A model generated the notes under the pieces. It was not told where the DNA came from, made no database searches, and was given only the letters and a program-made list of their open reading frames with translations. 64,000 nucleotides of DNA, taken from the NCBI GenBank assembly GCA_948470605.1, contig CAOKPI010000005.1:8170-72169 (forward strand), written 5' to 3'. Each line of letters starts with the position of its first letter. Position 1 is the stretch's first letter. This document shows positions 8,743 to 17,530 of this stretch, piece by piece. This stretch comes from an uncultured Clostridium sp. (GTDB lineage Bacteria > Bacillota > Clostridia > TANB77 > CAG-508). The position numbers were made by a program, and so were the translations under genes.

Positions 8743-9895
8743 ATGAAGAGAGTAATTGGATTTTTAGTAATTGTATTAATCATCATCGCATGGCCTGTGA
8801 AAAATGTGTATGCCAATCAGGAAGAAACCCTGCAACAGCAGCAAAAGGATTTTGGCATAGAAGAATTTTTGAAAAATTCAGAGGAATACACAGGCGAGTT
8901 TTTTCAAGATATCGAGATAAAAGAGATATTAAATGATGCGATTCAAGGAGAGGTTGACAATTCCACTTTTGCTAAAAGAATGTTGAATTTGTTGGGCTCT
9001 GAGGTAGCAACAAGCTTTAAAGCAATTGGAAGCATTTTAGTGATTATTGTGATACATAGTATATTAAAAGCAATTAGTGAGAGCTTGGAAAATGATGGTA
9101 TTTCTAAAATGATTTATTATGTACAATATATATTAATCATCACCATTATTTTGGCTAATTTTTCAGACATTATAAAAATGGTACAAGACACCACAACAAA
9201 TCTAGTAGCTTTTATGAATATGCTAGTACCTTTGTTAATTACGATGATGATGTCAACAGGAAGCATTGTGACAAGTGGCGTAATAGAGCCTGTTATTTTA
9301 TTTACAATAAATTTTATTGGAAATATGATACAAGATATCTTAATTCCGTTTCTGATGATTTTTACGGCCTTAGTCATACTCTCTAAATTATCGGAACAAA
9401 TAAAAATAGACAAGCTATCTAAATTTTTTCAGTCTGGAATGGTATGGTTTTTAGGAATTGTTTTGACGGTATTTGTGGGAGTGGTTTCGCTAGAGGGAAC
9501 AATGGCAAGTAGTGTAGACCGGCATTACAGCCAAAACAACAAAAGCGGTTGTTAGTTCAGCTATTCCAGTGGTAGGCAAGATATTGGGAGATGCGGTAGA
9601 CACGGTTCTTGGCTGTGGTGTGGTTTTAAAAAATGCAGTAGGCTTAGTTGGTGTTATCATTATTTTAGGAATTTGTATCGTACCAATTATCAAATTGGGA
9701 GTGCTGACTTTGGCATATAAATTATTAGCAGGTATAACACAGCCGATTGCAGATGATAAAATAACAGGGCTATTAGAACAAATCGGAGATATTTTTAAAA
9801 TATCCTTAGCTATTTTAAGTAGTATTGCTTTTATGATTATTATTGGGACAAGTTTAGTTTTAAAAATATCCAATAGTGGCATGATGTATCGATAA
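8743..9895 (+). CDS. spoIIIAE: Stage III sporulation protein AE. A full-length product requires a +1 shift at in-frame CGG 9520-9522.
   Basis: Signal peptide plus a polytopic membrane protein. Frame 0 reads ..SSVDRHYSQNNKSGC*. The +1 frame reads G-ITAKTTKAVVSSAIPVVGKILGDAVDTVLGCGVVLKNAVG, the conserved SpoIIIAE core (..DGVTxRTAKF..IPVVG..LKN.VG). Confidence 0.85.
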
Positions 9896-9927
9896 TTGTG
9901 CTTGTAGCACAAACAAGGAGAATACAA

Positions 9928-10575
9928 ATGATAGAATTTATGAGTTCATGGATAAAAGGGTTAGGATTAGCCATTGTGGTGGTATCCATTTTAGAAATGT
10001 TATTACCCAATAATAAAACCAAAAAATACATACGAATGGTAATGGGAATATATGTGTTATTTACAATAATAGCTCCTTTTGTATCCAATCAAGAAATTTT
10101 TGATATAAATGATATAAAGATAGACTCTTATACCACCACACAAACTAGTACAACAATTGACCAAAGTTCGATGAATGAACGAATTAAACAATTGTATATA
10201 CAAGAATTGGAAAAAGATATCAGCAAAAAGCTGGAGGAAAAAGGATATCAAGTAACTGTCTGTAAAGTAAAAGCAGAGATATCGGATAAAGAAGAAGAAA
10301 CTCCTATCAGTAAAATTAAGATAAATGTTCAAAAGTCGCAAGAAAATGTAAATGAGGAAAAAGAAGAAAACGAAGAAAATTTAGAAAATGAAATGGTAAC
10401 ACAAATTCAAAAAATAAAAACAATTGATACCTCTATCCAAAAAGATAATGCAAAACAAGGGGAAAAAACAGAAGACGCTAAAAGTAATAAAATCAATAAG
10501 TCTGATATTCAGAATATCAAAAAGTTTTTAATAGAAGAATATGGGGTGAGTGAAAAATGTTTGGAGATAAATTAA
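9928..10575 (+). CDS. spoIIIAF: Stage III sporulation protein AF
   Basis: The N-terminus MIEFMSSWIKGLGLAIVVVSILEMLLPNNKTKKYIRMVMG resembles SpoIIIAF. AAGGAG RBS lies 9 nt upstream. Confidence 0.75.
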   Translation: MIEFMSSWIKGLGLAIVVVSILEMLLPNNKTKKYIRMVMGIYVLFTIIAPFVSNQEIFDINDIKIDSYTTTQTSTTIDQSSMNERIKQLYIQELEKDISKKLEEKGYQVTVCKVKAEISDKEEETPISKIKINVQKSQENVNEEKEENEENLENEMVTQIQKIKTIDTSIQKDNAKQGEKTEDAKSNKINKSDIQNIKKFLIEEYGVSEKCLEIN

Positions 10576-11174
10576 AAAAAGTTATTAATTCAAAAGAAGA
10601 GGAAGGAGGAAATGAAAAAAGAAAAATTGAAAATTTAGTTTTTTTTGTGGTATTGCTCATTATAACAATTGTCATTATCAACATCATTTGGAAGGGGAAT
10701 AAGCAGGTAATCAAACAAGAAAATAATACGACAACCAAACAATTAGCCAACCATGAAATTTCTACCAATGTAAGTGATAATACAACTACCGATAATTTGA
10801 CAGAAAAATTAGAAACCATACTTTCTAAAATGCAAGGAGTAGGAGAAGTAAAAGTATTTGTAAATTATTCAGAAACCAGTGAAGTAGTGGCGATGTATAA
10901 TGAAACCACCAAAACCAGCAATACCGAAGAAAATGACACATCCGGAGGAACTAGGAAGATACAAGAAACAGACTCCCAAAGGGATATTATTTATCAAGAA
11001 GAAAATGGAGAAAAAACTCCCATTACACAAAAAGTAATTCAACCCAAAGTAGAAGGTGCTATCATAACTGCTAAAGGAGCTAATAGTGCAGAGATAAAAG
11101 CAAATATTATACAAGCTGTTGAAGCAGTGACAGGATTAGCAACACACAAAATTCAAGTATTTGAAATGAATTAA
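10557..11174 (+). CDS. spoIIIAG: Stage III sporulation protein AG
   Basis: N-terminal TM helix. The C-terminal VGEVKVFVNY...PKVEGAIITAKGA...AVEAVTGLATHKIQVFEM is the SpoIIIAG ring-forming domain pattern. Confidence 0.78.
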   Translation: MFGDKLKKVINSKEEEGGNEKRKIENLVFFVVLLIITIVIINIIWKGNKQVIKQENNTTTKQLANHEISTNVSDNTTTDNLTEKLETILSKMQGVGEVKVFVNYSETSEVVAMYNETTKTSNTEENDTSGGTRKIQETDSQRDIIYQEENGEKTPITQKVIQPKVEGAIITAKGANSAEIKANIIQAVEAVTGLATHKIQVFEMN

Positions 11175-11187
11175 GGAGGAATTTAGA

Positions 11188-11859
11188 ATGAAATTATTTA
11201 AGAAAAATCAAATTATTATTTATGTGATTGTATTAATGTTAATGACAGCAGGTTATTTAAACTATACTACCAATTCAGAAAAGCAAACATCGGTAGAAAC
11301 ATCGATGCAATTAGAATCAAAAGATGATACCAAATTAGCCGATATTGGAGATGCTACTTTAGTTAATAGTAATGATGTAGCAATGCAAAACACAACTAAT
11401 GAAGCCCAAACAACAAATAGTGTAAAAGACGAAATAAATACTAACAATGTTATGTTAGAAGATGAGGCAACCAGTGAAGAAACAACATTAGAAACTAGCA
11501 GTAATCATAATAATAATGATTATTTTGTGAAATCTAAACTGGAAAGAGAGGCTATGTATTCTCAAATGATAGAAACCTATGAGAAGGTATTAAATAGCAC
11601 CAATTCAATTGAGACACAAAGACAATCTGCTACACAAGAAATACAAAAAATAAATGAGACCAAAAATAGTATCATGATATGTGAAAATCTGATTAAAACA
11701 AAAGGTTTTGAAAATAATATTATTTTTGTCAATGGGGAAAGTATTAGTATTATTGTTGGTGTAGAGGAAATCAAACAAGAAGAGGTGGCTCAAATTCAAA
11801 ATATTATTGCAAGAGAAATGAAAGCAAAGATAGAAAATATACATATTGCAACAAAATGA
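11188..11859 (+). CDS. spoIIIAH: Stage III sporulation protein AH-like (SpoIIIAH/YscJ-fold family)
   Basis: Last gene of the operon, with an N-terminal TM helix and a C-terminal region FFVKSKLEREAMYSQ...IIFVNGESISIIV typical of SpoIIIAH. Confidence 0.7.
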   Translation: MKLFKKNQIIIYVIVLMLMTAGYLNYTTNSEKQTSVETSMQLESKDDTKLADIGDATLVNSNDVAMQNTTNEAQTTNSVKDEINTNNVMLEDEATSEETTLETSSNHNNNDYFVKSKLEREAMYSQMIETYEKVLNSTNSIETQRQSATQEIQKINETKNSIMICENLIKTKGFENNIIFVNGESISIIVGVEEIKQEEVAQIQNIIAREMKAKIENIHIATK

Positions 11860-11886
11860 GGGCAAAAAAAATAAGCCCTTATTTTT
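11858..11886. terminator. Short bidirectional hairpin terminator between spoIIIAH and the convergent HTH gene
   Basis: agggc-aaaaaaaataa-gccct flanked by A-run/T-run. Confidence 0.5.
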
Positions 11887-12092
11887 TAGGCAATATCCTT
11901 TGTCATTTTTCTAATGTATTTTCCTATTTCTTCATTAGTCAAATCTAATTCTATGATTAAATTTCTAAGAACATCTCTTCTTGGTAAATCTTCTTCATTA
12001 TCTATCCTCACATATTGTCTTAAACTAATTCCAAGAAGCTGTGACATTTTTTCTTGCGTGTATTTCTTGGATTTTCTTTTTTCTTTAATCAT
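11886..12092 (-). CDS. XRE-family helix-turn-helix transcriptional regulator (68 aa)
   Basis: KKYTQEKMSQLLGISLRQYVRIDNEE is a classic Cro/C1 HTH. Confidence 0.75.
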   Translation of the reverse strand: MIKEKRKSKKYTQEKMSQLLGISLRQYVRIDNEEDLPRRDVLRNLIIELDLTNEEIGKYIRKMTKDIA

Positions 12093-12220
12093 AAAATCAC
12101 CTTAATTTATAGAATTAAAATAATTATGCCATAAATTTGGAAAAAATTGTATTGACATTTTGCGACATATCCATAAACATATAGAAATAAAAAAATTACA
12201 TAAGAAATTTTACAGAATGC

Positions 12221-12247
12221 TAGACAAAAAAGCTAGTATGATATAAA
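12221..12247 (+). promoter_or_regulatory. Putative promoter of surface protein A (TAGACA ... TATAAA), conserved with 17399-17427
   Basis: The block agacaaaaa...tatgatataa is shared upstream of both paralogues. Confidence 0.35.
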
Positions 12248-12356
12248 ATAAGAGAAAAAATACTTAAAATTTAATGTCATAACAATAATAATAAAAGCAA
12301 AGGTTTATAGGTAAAACCTAGAAAAAACCTAAATATATCTTAAATGGAGAGAAAAA

Positions 12357-14942
12357 ATGAAGGAAACACTAAAACAAGAAAGAGCTATCACATTAATTGC
12401 GTTAGTGCTAACCATTATCGTATTAATAATATTAGCAGCAGTAAGCATAGCAACCTTAACAGGAGATAATGGAATCTTGACCAAAGCACAAGAAGCAAGA
12501 GAGGCAACAAAGAAGGCTGAAATTGAAGAACAATTAAGATTAGCTCAGTTAAATGCTAAAATAAAAAAATCTGGGGGAGACATTACCATAGAAGATTATC
12601 TACAAGAGCTCGCAGAAGGGCAAATGGATTTTGTAGAAGGTGATACCAGCAAATATGGCGATTTATATGACATATATGAAAAAGTAATAGTAATAGAAGG
12701 AAAATATATCTATGGATTAAACGAAAAAGATGGTGATGTTATATTTGAACCAAAAGGAACCGAAAATAAAATAATGCCAACTGTAAAATCGATAGAAATA
12801 GTTGAAAAAACAGAAACTACCATTAAAGTAAAAGTAACCACGATAAGAAACGATGGTGGAACATTAAAATATTATATTAAGAAAAAAGATGCAATAGAAT
12901 ATGATTTGGTAAAAGAACAAGAAGGAGAAGAATATACCTTTGAGAATTTAGACCGAAACACAATTTACAGTAAAATCAAAGTAGAAGCCATAGCTCCAAA
13001 TGGAGAAACAGCCTACCTAGAAATTGATTTAAAAACAGGACCAACCATAAATACTGAAATAACAGCAACAACAAATAGTATTACAATAAAAGCTAATGTC
13101 ACAGATTTAGAAAATGGAATAGCAAAATATTACTTTAGTAACAATGATGGAGCAACTTGGAACCCAAAAGAAGGACAAGCAAAAAATAGTTATACATTTA
13201 ACAATTTGAAACAAAATCAAACGTACCGTTTAAAAATAAAAGTAACAGATACAGCTGGAAATGAAACAATATCAGATTCTATATCAACCAAGACAGAAAG
13301 TGTACCTAATTTGGTTAATAAAGAAGATGATACGGTAAAAGGTAATATGACATTTACCTATACACCAAATACAATAACTAATACAAATGTAGTTGTAACT
13401 ATTCATACAGATATATCAGGATATAGTATTCAATACACAAGAAAGGACCCAAAGGTTGAGAGCAATTGGCAACCATATGATAATACTACAAAAATAGAAT
13501 TTGAAAGCAATGGAATTATTTATGCAAGATTAAAAGATAGTACAGGACAAGTAGGAGGATATGCTACAGGAAATGTTATAGGAATAGATAAAACAGCTCC
13601 AAGTGAGGCAACCATAGAATTAAGTAGTAGAAGTGCAGGAATAGGAAAAGGCATTACAGCAAATGTAACACAAAGTGACAATGTAGGTGGAAGTGGAGTT
13701 GATATTACAAAATGTAAATGGATTTTTACAAGAAATAGTAGTGAGATTGGAACTGATGAATCAAAATACACAGGAGGAACTTTTAGTACAAATCCACAAA
13801 CTTTGACTTTAAATAATGCTACGATAGAAGGAAGGTATTACCTACATGTTTTAACAGTAGATAAAGTAGGTTATAAAAAGGAAACTATTTCAGAAGGTGT
13901 AACCGTTCAATTCCTTTCTTATTCTGCTCCTAGTTCGTATACGTATTCTTTTAAAGCAGGAGATAATGTAACAGCATATGTATACCCTATCAATGATAGT
14001 GGAGATAATGAGCTTCTTTTTGTAGGTTCAGGTGCTATGTATAATGAGATTACTATGTATAACTCAAGTACAGGTGTTCCTAATTGGGGATGTATGGCTA
14101 GTAATGATAGAGGAATAGTTAGAGCAGTGATTTCGGATGGTATTACAAGTATAGCTGGCTATACATTTATGGGAATGGGAAAACTAGAAGATATTATTAT
14201 ACCAAGAAGTATAACACAAATAGGAGCAGGTGCCTTTTGCAACGATTCTTTACTGAAAGATATTTATATTCCTGAATCTGTTACTAATATAATGAGCAAT
14301 GTAAGTATACCAACTTTTGCAGGTTGTACAGCTACTATTCATGTAAAAGGAAAATCTTCTGCACCAAGTACATGGGCTTCTAATTGGCTAGGTGACTTTA
14401 ACGGAACAGTTAAATGGGAGCCTTGTACGTATTCTTTTAAAGCAGGAAATAACGTAACAGCATATGTATACCCTATTAATGATAGTGGCGATAACGAGGT
14501 GATTTTTGTAGGGTCAGGTCCAATGAAGGATGATTTTGGTCTTTCTGCTAATGGTAATATTCCAGCATGGGGATGTATGGCTAGTAATGATAGAGGAATA
14601 GTTAGGGTAGTAATTTGTAATGGTATTACTAGTGTATCTGGTTGGATTTTTATGAATTTGAGTAAATTGGAAGAGGTTATTATTCCAAACAGTGTTACTA
14701 TGCTTGGCGGTGGTTTAGATATTAGTGGCACTGAGAGAATGACAGGAGGAACTTTTATAAATTGTACTTCGCTAAAAGATATTTACATTCCTGAGCAAGT
14801 ATCTAAAATGGCAGGAGGTATGTTTATAAATTGTACAGCGACCATCCACGTAAAAGGAAAATCTTCTGCGCCAAGCACATGGAGTATAAGTTGGCTAGAA
14901 GGATTCAAAGGAACAGTTGAATGGAATTGTCCACATGAATAA
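12357..14942 (+). CDS. Large surface protein A: pilin-like hydrophobic N-terminus, FN3/Ig-like repeats, duplicated C-terminal BspA-type leucine-rich-repeat module
   Basis: N-terminus is KQERAITLIALVLTIIVLIILAAVSIATLTGDNGILTKA. The FN3-like unit is SITIKANVTDLENGIAKYYFS..YTFNNLKQNQTYRLKIKVTDTAGNE. The LRR-like part is ITSIAGYTFMGMGKLEDIIIPRSITQIGAGAF. Confidence 0.8.
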   Translation: MKETLKQERAITLIALVLTIIVLIILAAVSIATLTGDNGILTKAQEAREATKKAEIEEQLRLAQLNAKIKKSGGDITIEDYLQELAEGQMDFVEGDTSKYGDLYDIYEKVIVIEGKYIYGLNEKDGDVIFEPKGTENKIMPTVKSIEIVEKTETTIKVKVTTIRNDGGTLKYYIKKKDAIEYDLVKEQEGEEYTFENLDRNTIYSKIKVEAIAPNGETAYLEIDLKTGPTINTEITATTNSITIKANVTDLENGIAKYYFSNNDGATWNPKEGQAKNSYTFNNLKQNQTYRLKIKVTDTAGNETISDSISTKTESVPNLVNKEDDTVKGNMTFTYTPNTITNTNVVVTIHTDISGYSIQYTRKDPKVESNWQPYDNTTKIEFESNGIIYARLKDSTGQVGGYATGNVIGIDKTAPSEATIELSSRSAGIGKGITANVTQSDNVGGSGVDITKCKWIFTRNSSEIGTDESKYTGGTFSTNPQTLTLNNATIEGRYYLHVLTVDKVGYKKETISEGVTVQFLSYSAPSSYTYSFKAGDNVTAYVYPINDSGDNELLFVGSGAMYNEITMYNSSTGVPNWGCMASNDRGIVRAVISDGITSIAGYTFMGMGKLEDIIIPRSITQIGAGAFCNDSLLKDIYIPESVTNIMSNVSIPTFAGCTATIHVKGKSSAPSTWASNWLGDFNGTVKWEPCTYSFKAGNNVTAYVYPINDSGDNEVIFVGSGPMKDDFGLSANGNIPAWGCMASNDRGIVRVVICNGITSVSGWIFMNLSKLEEVIIPNSVTMLGGGLDISGTERMTGGTFINCTSLKDIYIPEQVSKMAGGMFINCTATIHVKGKSSAPSTWSISWLEGFKGTVEWNCPHE

Positions 14943-14954
14943 ACGAGGTGAAAA

Positions 14955-17064
14955 ATGAAGAAAAAATGGAAAATACTATTAGTAGTAGTGTGCTTAATCA
15001 TAGCCACTACTGCTAGCATAGTAATATATCAAAAAACATACCAAAAAAATATTGTAGTAAAAAATAAAAGCATCGTTCAACAAGGTTTATTGCAATTCAA
15101 AGACTTGAATGGTAACGGAGAATTAGATGCTTATGAAGATTGGCGATTATCGAGTCGGAGAAAGAGCAAAAGATTTAGTGAAACAAATGACTTTAGAGGA
15201 AAAAGCTGGTATGCTTTTGATTCATTCACAATTTAGTGCTGTTTCGCAAAAAGATGAGACCTTAACTAGCATGAATGGAAAATTAAATGAAGCAGAAGCC
15301 TCTAGTGAGACAAAAATTTATCTAAATTATAGCGGAAATACAAAAACCATAAAAGACTTAAATATCAGACATATCATTACAAGAGAATTCATAAAAGCAG
15401 AGGAAATAGCGCAATGGAATAATGCGATGAATGAATTAGCAGAAAGTACACGATTAGGAATTCCAGTTCAAATAACCTCTAATCCTAAAAACAGTTCTGA
15501 TATGTTATTAGCTGATTTCAAGAACAGTAATAACACCATATATCCATCTACTTTAGGAATAGCAGCAGCAAGCTTAGGGGAAGAAAAAGCCAAAGGTAGT
15601 TCAAAAATTGTAGAAGAATTTGCCGAAATCGTAAAAAAAGAATTTATGGCATCTGGCATTCGAAAAGGATATATGTATAGTGCAGATGTTATGACAGATA
15701 CGAGATGGGCAAGAAACAGCGAAACCTTTGGAGAAAATGTAGATTTTGTAAGCAAAGCGATACAAACCATAGTAGAAACGTTACAAAGCGGAAAAAAATT
15801 AAAGGCAGATAGTGTTGCCTTAACCGTGAAGCATTTTCCAGGTAGTGGAGCCAGAAACAATGGAAACGACTCCCATTATGAAGCTGGCAGATATTCACCC
15901 TATAAGACAGAAAACAGTTTGGAAAAATATCACCTAAAACCATTTGAAGCAGCGATAAATGCTGGGGTATCATCTATCATGCCATATTATTCACAACCAG
16001 ACCCTAACAGTGCCAAACAAACCTATCAAAATGAGAACATTGCTATGGGAGGAAGTTCTTATACATATAATCAAGAGTTTTTAAATAATCTATTAAGAGA
16101 AAAGATGCAATTTAAAGGATATATCAATACCGATAGTGGTGTGATTGATTTCATAAGTTGGGGAGAAGAGAATAAAACCAATAGCGAAAAAGTAGCAAAA
16201 GCAATCAATTCTGGCGTAGATTTAATATCAGATACCAACCATGTAGAGTGGGTAATAGAAGCAGTAAAACAAGGATTATTGACCGAAGAAAAAGTAAATG
16301 AAGCAGTCGAAAGAGTAGCAATCGAAATGTTTGAACAGGGTCTTTTTGAAAACCCATATGTAGAAGCAGAAAAAGCAAAAGATATAGTAGCAACCCAAGA
16401 AAACATCGATAAAGCTTATGAAGTACACCAAAAATCAGTTGTGCTATTAAAAAATCAAGAGGAAGCTTTACCAATTAAGCCGAAAAACGAACAAGAAAAT
16501 ATAAAAGTATATGTAGAAGAATATGGAACAACAGGAAGAATGATAGCCGATGCGTTAGCAACCAGACAATATCCAATACAAATCGTAGAAGATTATCAAC
16601 AAGCCGATTATTTTATCACCTATTTATCAGGAAAGACAACCAAAGAAACCGTATGGGATTTGAATTTAAAAGATATGATAGGAGAAAAATACGAAGCATG
16701 GATGGCAACTGGCAATCAAATAAAGCAAAATGGAGGAAAGAGAATAACCATTGTGAATTTCAACACAGCCTTCATTCTAGATGGAATTGAGCAATATTCA
16801 GATGCCATTTTAGGTGGATTTAGAACCTATACTTGTGCGATTATGGACGTGATGACTGGAAAAGTACAGGCAACAGGAGTGTTACCATTTACGTTACCAG
16901 CTAACAGCGACGTAGTAGCGATTGATGAAAAGGGAGAATGTGCTTCTCCAAATGATGTTCCTGGCTATGATAAAACACAATATATGAAAGATAATAAGGT
17001 TTATGAATATATCGATCAACAAGGAAACAAATATGTTTGTGGGTTTGGACTAAATGAAAAATAA
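14955..17064 (+). CDS. Secreted/anchored glycoside hydrolase family 3 enzyme. A full-length product requires a +1 shift at in-frame CGG 15156-15158.
   Basis: The signal-anchor ORF (MKKKWKILLVVVCLIIATTASIV..DLNGNGELDAYEDWRLSS) breaks. The +1 frame continues G-ERAKDLVKQMTLEEKAGM... with the GH3 motif KHFPGSG. Confidence 0.8.
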
Positions 17065-17079
17065 ATTTAATACTAGAAA

Positions 17080-17184
17080 ATGATTTTGGGGACGGAGGAA
17101 AAAATCATGATGAGTGGTAAGTTTGAATAGTAACTTGCCACTTTTTTAGTCAATCATGATTTTTTCCTCCGTCCCCAAAATCAT
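17080..17184. repeat. Family D 105-nt hairpin element, copy 1 (perfect 32-bp outer arms plus an inner 10-bp stem)
   Basis: atgattttggggacggaggaaaaaatcatgat ... atcatgattttttcctccgtccccaaaatcat. Nearly identical to 20320-20423. Confidence 0.92.
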
Positions 17185-17398
17185 CTTCCAGTCCTAAATT
17201 TTTGATCAGATTTTTAATTTTTATTTACAATTTCTAAAATTTTATCATCTTATTAATAAATCCAGAGAAGAGAAAAAATACAAGGAAATAATAAAATAAA
17301 ATCAAAAAAGCTTCTATATAGGAGCTTTTTCTAATGCAAAATAGAATTCGAATGATATATAAAAATAACATAAAAAGTGCACCTTTTTTGTCAAATAG

Positions 17399-17427
17399 TA
17401 GACAAAAATTTCATAATATGATATAAG
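17399..17427 (+). promoter_or_regulatory. Putative promoter of surface protein B (TAGACA-17 nt-TATAAG)
   Basis: 17-nt spacing. Block conserved with the region upstream of protein A. Confidence 0.4.
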
Positions 17428-17530
17428 ATAAAATACAATAACATAATTCGTTTTTAGAAAAAATTTCAAGGCTTGTATATAAAGCAAAATAAACAAATTT
17501 CAATATATCATATTAAATGGAGGAGAAGAA

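Noticed and set aside
8338-11865. Numerous antisense or overlapping ORFs in the track, for example 8338-8619(-), 9117-9413(-), 9490-9927(-), 9840-10088(-), 10057-10341(-), 10517-10819(-), 10869-11114(-), 11262-11447(-), 11577-11865(-). There are similar ones throughout the window.
   Set aside because: They lie opposite well-supported conserved genes. They have low-complexity, hydrophobic or Cys/Phe-rich translations typical of AT-rich shadow frames, and they lack RBSs. Treated as non-coding.
12100-12356. Riboswitch (for example c-di-GMP) or T-box leaders upstream of the surface-protein genes and hisS
   Set aside because: The leaders are extremely AT-rich with only short hairpins. I could not recognise any conserved riboswitch or T-box core sequence. 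The hisS leader is only about 50 nt.
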